A stretch of 64,000 nt of DNA from Eledone cirrhosa (Eukaryota): contig OZ024742.1 in assembly GCA_964016885.1 (NCBI GenBank), positions 338,768,001 to 338,832,000 on the forward strand, written 5' to 3'. Under the pieces are notes generated by a model that saw only the letters and a list, made by a program, of their open reading frames with translations, was not told the origin of the DNA and did no database searches. A program made the position numbers and the translations under genes. The number at the start of each line of letters is the position of its first letter. Position 1 is the stretch's first letter. Shown one piece after another: positions 11,236 to 21,779 of the stretch.

Positions 11236-14200
11236 ATGACCTCACTCAGAATAGGCAGCATAAATGCGCGTGGCTTGGGGTCGTCATGGAAGCAGGGCCA
11301 CCTGCTCAACGACCTCAGGTCACTAAACATAGATGTAGTGGCCATCAGCGAGACCAGAATCTCCGAAGCACAGGCTTTCGCACCGATCTTCGGCGGCTAC
11401 GATGTGTACGCATCTCCCAGCCGTCCGGGATCGGGGGGAGGAGTTGCTGTGCTTTTTCGGAGAGGTTTGGATCTTGCCATACGGGCCATCTTCCTGGACC
11501 CAGAAGGTAAGTTGGTGGTGCTGGACGTGACCAGCGGAGACGGGCAAGCTTTCAGGTTAGTGGCCGTCTATGCCCCGACAGGAGCAGGGCGGCCTGATTT
11601 TCTTCCGGCGTCTGGAGACCTTTCTTGGAACGTCCCGCTCTTTAGTGTTAGTGGGCGACTGGAACGGGATCTTAGATGCACGCTGGGATTGTGTGGGATT
11701 AGTGGATAGGGAAGGAGGGTGCAAGAGTCTCACCAACCTGCTCAGACGTTTTGAACTGTCTGACAGGTACCGAATGGATTTCCCGAATGTACCAATGTGG
11801 ACTTGGACAAATCGCATAGGGTCATCCAGATCATATCTAGATAGAGTATTTTGTAGGGAAATAGATAGGTCTAGCATAGGCTGTCCACAATTCAAGATAG
11901 TCAGCTACACGGACCACAAATTCGTGATCTGTGTGCTTGACTTAGATAGGCTTCATAGACGAGGACCCGGCTACTGGAAGCTAAACGCGTCCTTACCAGC
12001 GCGCAAGGCCTACAGAGACCGGATTAGCGAACTAGTTAAGCGGGCGTTGACGGGGGCCATCGTCAACAACAAGTGGTGGTTTGCTCTGAAAAGAGCAATT
12101 AGAATAGAGTCCATTAGGTTTAGTAAGACTTTAGCAATAGAGAAAAATAGAGCAGAGGAAGAATTAGTTAGAAAATTAGATGAGGCGCTTAGCAAAGGCA
12201 TCGCGACCGACGTACTTGCGGCGAAATTGGCCGTTGACCAATTCTTCAATGCAAAGCACGAAGGCTGCGTTGTCAGAGCTAGGGTGCGTGCTCTCAGACA
12301 CGAGGGGAAAAAAGCCGTTCAATGGGCCCGAGTGGCGGAGGCGCGTCGTGGCAACAAAGCCACGATCCGGTCTTTGATGGACCACGACGGGCGCATGCTA
12401 CTCGATCCCGGCAAATGTGTGAAGCTTTTCAGCGACACTTCGCTCAACTGTTCGGGGGCAGTGGCGGGCCGGATCGAGGGATGGACTTTAGTGTCTACCT
12501 CGACGGACTGCCGCGGATTTCGGCCACTGAGGCGGAGTGTTGCGAAAAGCCGATAACAACCGCTGAAGTACGGGATGCAATGACTAGTTGCACAAGGGGT
12601 AAATCGCCTGGTTTGGATGGTCTGCCCTATGAACTTTACGTACAAATGCCAAACTTGTTCGGAGGCCTCTTGGCGGACGTCTACTGCAACTGGCAACAGA
12701 ACGGGAGAATTCCCAGCTCTGTGAGCCGAGGAGCGGTGGCGCTGCTGAGAAAGGATCCGAACAAGGGGGATAACATAGATAATTTTAGGCCCATAACCCT
12801 GCTAAACACAGAGTTCAAGATTTTGGCCAAGGTGCTAGCAAAGAGGTTGGCGCTTGTCGTTGGTGGTCTGGTGGGAGAGGCACAGACATGCGCCATTCCC
12901 GACAGATCCATCCACGACAACCTCAACCTCATGCGATACATCGTAGAGAGGGTAGCTAGGGAACCTGGCACGGGTGGGTCTTTGATCAATTTAGATCAGT
13001 CGAAAGCCTTCGATAGGGTCGACCATCGTTACCTAGCGGCAGTCCTGAGGGCGGCTGGCTTTGGGCCCGTCTTCAGAGGCTGGATCGCTGCCATGCACAG
13101 CGACATCTGCTCTGTAGTGAGAGTGAACGGTCACTTTTCGGAACCGTTCAACATCATGCGCTCGGTCCGCCAAGGATGTCCCCTCTCGTCCCTATTGTAC
13201 GTATTGACTCTCGAGCCATTACTGCACAAACTGGAGACGTTGAGGGGGTTCCCGCGCGAACTAGGATGCGGAAGATCCGTGTGAGCATATGCCGACGATG
13301 TCACCGTAGTGGTGTCGAACGCCAAACACATCGAGGCGATCGGCACTACACTAAGAGAATACGAAGCGGTGACAGGAGCAATGATCAACCAGGAAAAGTC
13401 AGTGGGCCTGCAGCTCGGCACCTGGAGAGGCAGGTCCATGCCGTCCAACAGCGTCGTCGGGCGCTGGACGGACGGCCCGGTTAAATTGCTAGGGGTCTGG
13501 TTCGGTCCAGACCTCCAGACAGACAAAAACTGGGACGAGGTGACGAGCAGGGTGGCTTCTCTCACCCAGAAATGGGCTGAGAGGAAGCTATCCCTGAAAG
13601 GTCGAGCGGAGGTGGCGAATGCGTACATCGCATCCGTCATCTACTACCGCCTGACCGTCGTACCTTGTCCTAAGCCCCGCCTGACTGCGCTGGAGCGTTT
13701 GCTCTTTCGCTTCTTGTGGAAGGGACGCGCTCCGATGGTCAGGCGGTCCATCTGCTGTCAACACCAGCTACGTGGAGGGCTGGGCATGCCGTGGCTGATG
13801 ATGCGCAGACACGCGCTCAGGCTACGACATCTCCACCTCTTCCTCGACGGTGATCAGGTGTGGTCGCCGTTTGCAAGACGCGTTTTTCCCCAGCTCGTCT
13901 CCTTGACGGAGCTGCAGTCCTGGGTCAAGCGAAGACCGAGAGGGAGCGCTTGGAGACTGGAATGTCTTCAGGCGCTCACAGCCCTCGACCAATCGGGCAA
14001 TGTGATTGGTGGAAACTCCACCTTGGCGTTCTATAGGGGATTAGTGGAGAGGAATAGCGACGACGTACTTGGAGAAACTCTAGGCGTCGACGAAAATCAA
14101 CTAGCCAATCTCTTCGGAAGGACTTTCGGGCCGGGGCCTATGGACAACTTCCAGAAATCCCTGGCCTGGCAGTGCTACCGAGGAGCTTTGCCAGTTCGGG

Positions 14201-14655
14201 ATAAACTCTACAGGCATGGAGGTGCCGTCAGCCGGGCATGTCCGAGATGCGCGCAGAGCGACGAAACCGTCCTGCACGCACTCGTCCAGTGTCCTAGCAT
14301 TGCTGACTTGTGGGTTTATGTCGAACACCTGCTGTCACGTGTAGGACGGATCCAGCTATCAGCTGAGTCCATCGTGAGGATTGCCCCGCCCCCTTCCTTT
14401 AGCCTGGAAGGGCAGGCAGTTTTTATCTATCTGGTGGCCATGGCGAAAGAGATAGTATGGTGGACACGTTTGAAAGGGCTGAAGACGAGCACTTACCTCT
14501 TCGGTGATGCCCTCATTAACCTTTTCAAATTTCATTTGAAAAGGAAAATCAGGGTAGAGAGGGAAGTGCTCTCTTCCCAGCATTTTGTTGAAAGATGGGT
14601 GAGAGAAGCAAGTATGGCCCGAATGAATGGGCCTTCTCTGAGTATGTGTCTGTAA
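11236..14655 (+). pseudogene. ORF2 APE endonuclease + RT + C-terminal zinc finger; frameshifts near 11600 and 12410, stop at 13282-13284
   Basis: SINARGL, ISET, GDWN, YLDR, YTDH, FRPITLLN, DQSKAFDRV, VRQGCPLS, AYADD, CPRC..ETVLHALVQC. Confidence 0.9.
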
Positions 14656-14897
14656 ATTAAAGGTGGAAAACTGGGAGAGGGCACTTGCCCTGGTGGTCAG
14701 GGCCACTGTGGTCTTTTAATGGGCTTTCTCCACAAATGTCCCTTGGAAGTCTCCCCCCTATTGGGGAATTTTTCTTTGTTATTTTATTTCAAACTCTGTT
14801 TTTTTACACGCAGAAATGCCCATTTGTACCGTCCTGTATTGTCCTGTACTGTCCTTAATGTCTACCTTATGTGAACCCTTGTGGTTAATAAAGAAAA

Positions 14898-14976
<79 letters not shown>

Positions 14977-14985
14977 GTTGTTATT

Positions 14986-15651
14986 CCTTGAATCTCAGTC
15001 ATTGATGTTGGTTAACTGGAAAGTCCGTTGGAATGAATATCAAGCCACTACCTGCAGCCTCAGATATTCAGGACGTATCGGAGGGTTCTTGCTGTTCCAA
15101 GCAAGCATGCCTTTTGAAGCGTTCCAAAAAGCGTGAAAGGGCCGATTTTCTTTAACCATCCCTGGAAACTTTTATAGATAGTCCCCAGTGCGCCTATGAC
15201 AATCGGGATCACTTTGACTTCATGGCAGTTCCAAATCCTTTTCACCTCCCACTTTAGGTCCTGGTATCGGTTAATTTTCTCCCTCTCCTTCTCTTGCACT
15301 CTCGTGTCGAAAGGGCAGGCCACATCCACAATCAGACACGATCTTTTTTCTTTGTCCACAACCACCAGGTCAGGTCTATTGTGTTCCAGTTTTTTGTCCG
15401 TCTGTATCCTAAAATCCCACAGCACCTTCACCTGATTGTTCTCCATCACCGCCTCTGGCCTATGCTCATACCATTTCTCAGAATGTGGTAAATTGTTTAC
15501 TTTGCACAGGTGCCAGTGGATCACCCTGCCCATCACATCGTGTCTCCAGCCCTTATAGTGGGTCTGGGCTAGGTGTTTACACTCGGACACAAAGTGAGCC
15601 ACAGTCTCCTCTCTCTCTCCACAGATCCTGCACAGTGGGCTAGCCTCCTCC

Positions 15652-15652
<1 letters not shown>
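14986..15652 (-). mobile_element. 5'-truncated R4/Dong-like fragment, family B (RLE and 3'UTR only)
   Basis: Nearly identical to ~21780-22447; [15 protein letters not shown]; (TTA)n on both sides. Confidence 0.9.
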
Positions 15653-15687
<35 letters not shown>

Positions 15688-15900
15688 GAATGCCATGGTT
15701 GACGGAGGCTCGGCTCTGTAAGGTATAGTAATTTTTAACCGTTAAAACAATTGTAAATTGTTTAAAACTTGAACCAAATTGTTGATAAAGACACCCTCCT
15801 CCTCGTGAGAGGGGTCTTTCTGTCCGTTATTTGGCCCTTCGGGGTTAAATAACCAGTTATTGGGGTTTTGTACCCAAAATTTCATTTTAAACAAAAAAAC

Positions 15901-17997
15901 ATGGCTACCAAAAAGAAATTTCATACGTCACTCCCACTCATTCCGTCTTCTTCTTCCTCAATCATCACTACAGCAGAGAGAAGATTGTCTCTCTCCCTCC
16001 CTTCTTTAAATGTGTCTCTCTCCCTCCCTTCTCTTTCGCAAGCGACGAAAGAAAAGAAAAGTCTCGTGCAAAGCGTGCAAGGTTTCTCCACGACGACGAC
16101 GACAGCGACGAAACAGGTGTGCGGGAAATACGAAAACCCAGTTCATTCGTCTGACGTCAGGAATAATAGCAGTAGCAGCCGTAATAACAACAGCAACAGT
16201 GACAATGAAAACAACAGTAGCAGCCGCAACAGCATCACCAGCAGCATAAACAACAACAGCATTAGCAGCAGCAACACCAACAACAACCACAGCAACAGCG
16301 GCGGAGGCAGTAGTCGTAGTACCTGCAGCAACAACAAAAGTACCAGCAGCTCTGACGACAACAACAACAGCAGAGAAAAACCAATCTCATTTGCAGGTAT
16401 TGCGAAAAATTTGGAAACAATCCTCATAACAAATGAGGAATTAGAGGAAGCGAAGAAGATGGTGACAAAGAACGGACACCGAGCAATCTGCAAGGCAGCG
16501 AAAAATTTTTTCGAAACCCAAGAGCACTGTACGGTCACGTACCGTACAGTAAGTACAAAATCTCGTAGGGTGGAAAGAGCCACAGAGGCCCAAATACAAA
16601 AAGCCTTGGGGTCTGTGTGGCAGCGGAAAACGCACATCACCCGAGGCAAAAAATATGCCACCGTAGACGTACTTTTTGCCACACCCCAGGAGGCAAAGGC
16701 CCAATCAGTAGTGACCCTAAGGAGCGAGGAAATGGTGTTGGTGCCCTCCTACTGTGGGCAAAAAATTGTGAGGGTCAAACTGACCCACGTCCCCCCCGGA
16801 ATGACCCCTTCTTGGCTGGCCGCGTCTGTCCTCGTCGGAATCGAGGACAAAACAACTGTACTGCAAGTACAGAAAAAAGTAAGAGAAGATTGGGTCGGCT
16901 CCTCCATTGAGATGCTAATCCAAACCAACCAGGAGTGCATCGAAGCTATCCCGGATGTGATAGACTTCGATAACGGCACTCAACTGCCCATAAGTGTTGA
17001 GGGCAAACGCCCGAAATGCTTTCGCTGTGGATCGAAGACTCACCTCAGGGCCTTCTGCAACGAGAAGACCCTGAGAAAGGAGAAAACCCCCCTCCTTCCG
17101 AATCCGGCTCCACGGCTACCAGCAACAGGACAAGCGGCAACCAGGAACGATAGGCCCGTGGCACCCATACCCACTCCACGGAAATCAAAAACAGCAGCAG
17201 CAGTGGAAATACTAACAACAACAACAGCAATACCAAATGCAGCTGCAACAGAGACTCCAGTGCAAACATCACCAACAACAACAAGTGAAAGAGTGGAGTT
17301 GGTACCCCTCCCCGACCTCACAGAATCAGACATGGAGTGTGAGGTGGGAGAGAGATGGCAAAAGGTCGTAAGAAGGCACAAACGCAGAAGCAGCGCATCG
17401 TCGCCTTTGAAAAGTGAGGAAAGAAATGAGAAAAGGGTAAAGTCTACTGCAAAGAGACCCACAGCAGCAACAACACCAACACCATCACCACCCACACTAG
17501 CGCCACCATCACCACCGGCGACAACCCCACCGCCAACAACACCTTCAACACCACCACCACAAGCACCAACATCGCAAACACAACAACAAAACACACACAC
17601 CCAGCAACAACGACAAGAAAATAGCAGAACCACACCCCACCCCCAGAAAAACAAATGCACGGCAATAAATACACACAACAAGAAACTAATGACTTACATA
17701 ATTGAACACACAGACATTTCACAACAGGACTACATAATACCAGCACCAATCAAAACGCCAACTAACATAAGACTGCTAAAAATAGCACAGAAACAATACA
17801 CAAATATTAAAACGAAATTCCCCAACGCAGTTGGTGATTTCAGGGACCTAGGAGGAACCATCAATCGAAGAGTATACTCAGACATTCTCTTAGAAGAGCC
17901 GACGACCAGCCGAAGGGACGATTCAACGGTCCCTTCACCAGACGATCAAGTGAAAAGGGATGTAAAAACCATCCCTCCTCTACCAAAAGTACGGTAA
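15901..17997 (+). CDS. ORF1 gag-like nucleic-acid-binding protein with CCHC knuckle and S/N- and P/T-rich tracts
   Basis: First ATG at 15901; CFRCGSKTHLRAFC; uninterrupted frame. Confidence 0.85.
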   Translation: MATKKKFHTSLPLIPSSSSSIITTAERRLSLSLPSLNVSLSLPSLSQATKEKKSLVQSVQGFSTTTTTATKQVCGKYENPVHSSDVRNNSSSSRNNNSNSDNENNSSSRNSITSSINNNSISSSNTNNNHSNSGGGSSRSTCSNNKSTSSSDDNNNSREKPISFAGIAKNLETILITNEELEEAKKMVTKNGHRAICKAAKNFFETQEHCTVTYRTVSTKSRRVERATEAQIQKALGSVWQRKTHITRGKKYATVDVLFATPQEAKAQSVVTLRSEEMVLVPSYCGQKIVRVKLTHVPPGMTPSWLAASVLVGIEDKTTVLQVQKKVREDWVGSSIEMLIQTNQECIEAIPDVIDFDNGTQLPISVEGKRPKCFRCGSKTHLRAFCNEKTLRKEKTPLLPNPAPRLPATGQAATRNDRPVAPIPTPRKSKTAAAVEILTTTTAIPNAAATETPVQTSPTTTSERVELVPLPDLTESDMECEVGERWQKVVRRHKRRSSASSPLKSEERNEKRVKSTAKRPTAATTPTPSPPTLAPPSPPATTPPPTTPSTPPPQAPTSQTQQQNTHTQQQRQENSRTTPHPQKNKCTAINTHNKKLMTYIIEHTDISQQDYIIPAPIKTPTNIRLLKIAQKQYTNIKTKFPNAVGDFRDLGGTINRRVYSDILLEEPTTSRRDDSTVPSPDDQVKRDVKTIPPLPKVR

Positions 17998-18032
17998 GTG
18001 GTCTTTCCCATCTTTTCCACTCTATTTTAAAC

Positions 18033-21000
18033 ATGACCTCACTCAGAATAGGCAGCATAAATGCGCGTGGCTTGGGGTCGTCATGGAAGCAGGGTCACCT
18101 GCTCAACGACCTCAGGTCACTAAACATAGATGTAGTGGCCATCAGCGAGACCAGAATCTCCGAAGCACGGGCCTTCGCACCGATCTTCGGCGGCTTCGAT
18201 GTGTACGCATCTCCCAGCCGTCCTGGATCCGGTGGAGGAGTTGCTGTGCTTTTTCGGAGAGGTTTGGATCTCGCCATACGGGCCATCTTCCTGGACCCAG
18301 AGGGTAAGCTGGTGGTGCTGGACGTGACCAGCGGAGACGGGCAAGCTTTCAGGCTAGTGGCCGTCTATGCCCCGACAGGAGCAGGGCGGCCTGATTTCTT
18401 CCGGCGTCTGGAGACCTTTCTTGGAACGTCCCGCTCTTTAGTGTTAGTGGGCGACTGGAACGGGATCTTAGATGCACGCTGGGACTGTGTGGGATTAGCG
18501 GATAGGGGTGGAGGGTGCAAGAGCCTCACCAACCTGCTCAGGCGTTTTGAACTGTCTGACAGGTACCGATTGGATTTCCCGAATGTGCCAATGTGGACTT
18601 GGACAAACCGCATAGGGTCATCCAGATCATATCTAGATAGAGTATTTTGTAGGGAAATAGATAGATCTAGCATAGGCTGTCCACAATTCAAGATAGTCAG
18701 CTACACGGACCACAAATTCGTGATCTGTGTGCTTGACTTAGATAGGCTTCATAGACGAGGACCCGGCTACTGGAAGCTAAACGCGTCCTTACCAGCGCGC
18801 AAGGCCTACAGAGACCGGATTAGCGAACTAGTTAAGCGGGCGTTGACGGGGGCCATCGTCAACAACAAGTGGTGGTTTGCTCTGAAAAGAGCGATTAGAA
18901 TAGAATCGATTAGGTTTAGTAAGGCTTTAGCAATAGAGAAAAATAGAGCAGAGGGAGAACTAGTTAGAAAATTAGACGAGGCGCTTAGCAAAGGCATTGC
19001 GACCGACGTGCTTGCGGCGAAATTGGCCCTTGACCAATTCTTCAATGCAAAGCACGAAGGCTGCGTTGTCAGAGCTAGGGTGCGTGCTCTCAGACACGAG
19101 GGGACGAAAGCCGTTCAATGGGCCCGAGTGGCGGAGGCGCGTCGTGGCAACAAAGCCACGATCCGGTCTTTGGTGGACCACGACGGGCGCATGCTACTCG
19201 ATCCCGGGCAAATGTGTGAAGCTTTTCAGCGACACTTCGCTCAGCTGTTCGGGGGCAGCGGGGGGCCGGGTAGAGGGATGGACTTTAGTGTCTACCTCGA
19301 CGGACTGCCGCGGCTCTCGGCCACTGAGGCGAAGTGTTGCGAAAAGCCGATAACAGCCGCTGAAGTACGGGAGGCAATGACTGGCTGCACAAGGGGTAAA
19401 TCGCCTGGTTTGGATGGTCTGCCCTATGAACTTTACGTACAGATGCCAGACTTGTTCGGAGGCCTCTTGGCGGACGTCTACTGCAACTGGCAACAGAACG
19501 GGAGAATTCCCAGTTCTGTGAGCCGAGGAGCGGTGGCACTGCTGAGAAAGGATCCGAACAAGGGGGATAACATAGACAATTTCCGGCCCATAACTCTGCT
19601 AAACACAGAGTTTAAGATTTTGGCCAAGGTGCTAGCAAAGAGGTTGGCGCTTGTCGTTGGTGGTCTGGTGGGAGAGGCGCAGACATGCGCCATTCCCGAC
19701 AGATCCATCCACGACAACCTCCACCTCATGCGATACATCGTAGAGAGGGTAGCTAGGGAACCTGGCACGGGTGGGTCCTTGATCAATTTAGATCAGTCGA
19801 AAGCTTTCGATAGGGTCGACCATCGTTACCTAGCGGCAGTCCTGAGGGCGGCTGGCTTTGGGCCCGTCTTCAGAGGCTGGATCGCTGCCATGCACAGCGA
19901 CATCTGCTCTGTGGTGAGAGTGAACGGTCACCTGTCGGAACCGTTCAACATCATGCGCTCGGTCCGCCAAGGATGTCCCCTCTCGTCCCTCTTGTACGTA
20001 TTGACTCTCGAGCCATTACTGCACAAACTGGAGACGTTGAGGGGAGTCCCGCGCGAACTAGGATGCGGAAGATCCGTGTCAGCATATGCGGACGATGTCA
20101 CCGTAGTGGTGTCGAACGCCAAACACATCGAGGCGATCGGCACTACACTAAGAGAATACGAAGCGGTGACAGGAGCAATGATCAACCAGGAAAAGTCAGT
20201 GGGCCTGCAGCTCGGCACCTGGAGAGGCAGGTCCATGCCGTCCAACAGCGTCGTCGGGCGCTGGACGGACGGACCGGTTAAATTGCTAGGGGTCTGGTTC
20301 GGTCCGGACCTCCAGACGGACAAAAACTGGGACGAGGTGACGAGCAGGGTGGCTTCTCTCACCCAGAAATGGGCGGAGAGGAAGCTATCCCTGAAAGGTC
20401 GAGCGGAGGTGGCTAACGCGTACATCGCGTCTGTCATCTGCTACCGCCTAACCGTCGTACCTTGTCCTAAGCCTCGCCTGACTGCGCTGGAGCGTTTGCT
20501 CTTTCGCTTTTTGTGGAAGGGACGTGCTCCGATGGTCAGGCGGTCCATCTGTTGTCAACACCCGCTACGTGGAGGGCTGGGCATGCCGTGGCTGATGATG
20601 CGCAGGCACGCGCTCAGGCTACGACATCTCCACCTCTTCCTCGACGGTGATCAGGTGTGGTCGCCGTTTGCTAGACGCGTTTTTCCCCAGCTCGTTTCCT
20701 TGACGGAGCTGCAGTCCTGGGTCAAGCGAAGACCGAGAGGGAGCGCCTGGAGACTGGAATGTCTTCAGGCGCTCACAGCCCTCGACCAAATCGGGCAATG
20801 TGATCGGTGGAAACTCCACCTCGGCGTTCTATAGAGGATTAGTGGAGGGGAAGAGCGACGACGTACTTGGGGAAACTCTAGGCGTCGACGAAAATCAACT
20901 AGCCAATCTCTTCGGAAGAACTTTCGGGCCGGGGCCTATGGACAACTTCCAGAAATCTCTGGCCTGGCAGTGCTACCGAGGAGCCTTGCCAGTTCGGGAT

Positions 21001-21453
21001 AAACTCTACAGGCATGGAGGTGCCGTCAGCCGGGCATGTCCGAGATGCGCGCAGGGCGACGAAACCGTCCTGCACGCACTCGTCCAGTGTCCGAAAATTG
21101 CTGACTTGTGGGTTTATGTCGAACACCTGCTGTCGCGTTTAGGACGGATCCAGCTATCATCTGAGTCTATCGTGAGGATTGCCCCGCCCTCCTCCTTTAG
21201 CCGGGAAGGGCAGGCAGTTTTTATCTGTCTGGTGGCCATGGCGAAAGAGATAGTATGGTGGACACGTTTGAAAGGGCTGAAGACGAGCACTTACCTCTTC
21301 GGTGATGCTCTGATTGACTTTTTCAAATTTCATTTGAAAAGGAAAATCAGAGTAGAGAAGGAAATGCTCTCTTCCCAGCATTTTGTTGAAAGATGGGTGA
21401 GAGAAGCAAGAATGGCCCGAGTGAATGGGCCGACTCTGAGTATATATCTGTAA
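18033..21453 (+). pseudogene. ORF2 APE-RT-zinc finger with a single +1 frameshift near 20788
   Basis: 933-aa ORF continues in 20800-21453; GACCAAATCGG here versus GACCAATCGG in copies 1 and 3. Confidence 0.9.
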
Positions 21454-21714
21454 ACTAAAGGTGGAAAACTGGGAGAGGGCACTTGCCTTGGTGGTCAGGG
21501 TCATTGTGGCTTTTTACTGGGCTTTCTCCACAAATGTCCCTCCGAAGTCTCCCCCCTATTGGGGAATTTTTCATTGTTATTTTCATTGTTATTTTTGTTA
21601 CATCCTCTGTTTTTGTTTTTTTTACACGCAGAAATGCCCATTTGTACCGTCCTGCATTGTCCTGCACTGTCCTTAATGTCTACTTTATGTAAACCCTTGT
21701 GGTTAATAAAGAAA

Positions 21715-21767
<53 letters not shown>

Positions 21768-21779
21768 GTTATTGTTATT

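Larger units (their letters stand above)
8987..14899 (+). mobile_element. Tx1/L1-like non-LTR retrotransposon, copy 1 (divergent 5'UTR and ORF1)
   Basis: ORF1 with CCHC knuckle plus APE-RT ORF2; AATAAA just before the 3' end; (TTA)n on both flanks. Confidence 0.9.
15688..21717 (+). mobile_element. Tx1/L1-like non-LTR retrotransposon, copy 2 (most intact)
   Basis: Intact ORF1; ORF2 with one frameshift; flanked by (TTA)n at 15653-15687 and 21718-21779. Confidence 0.92.
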
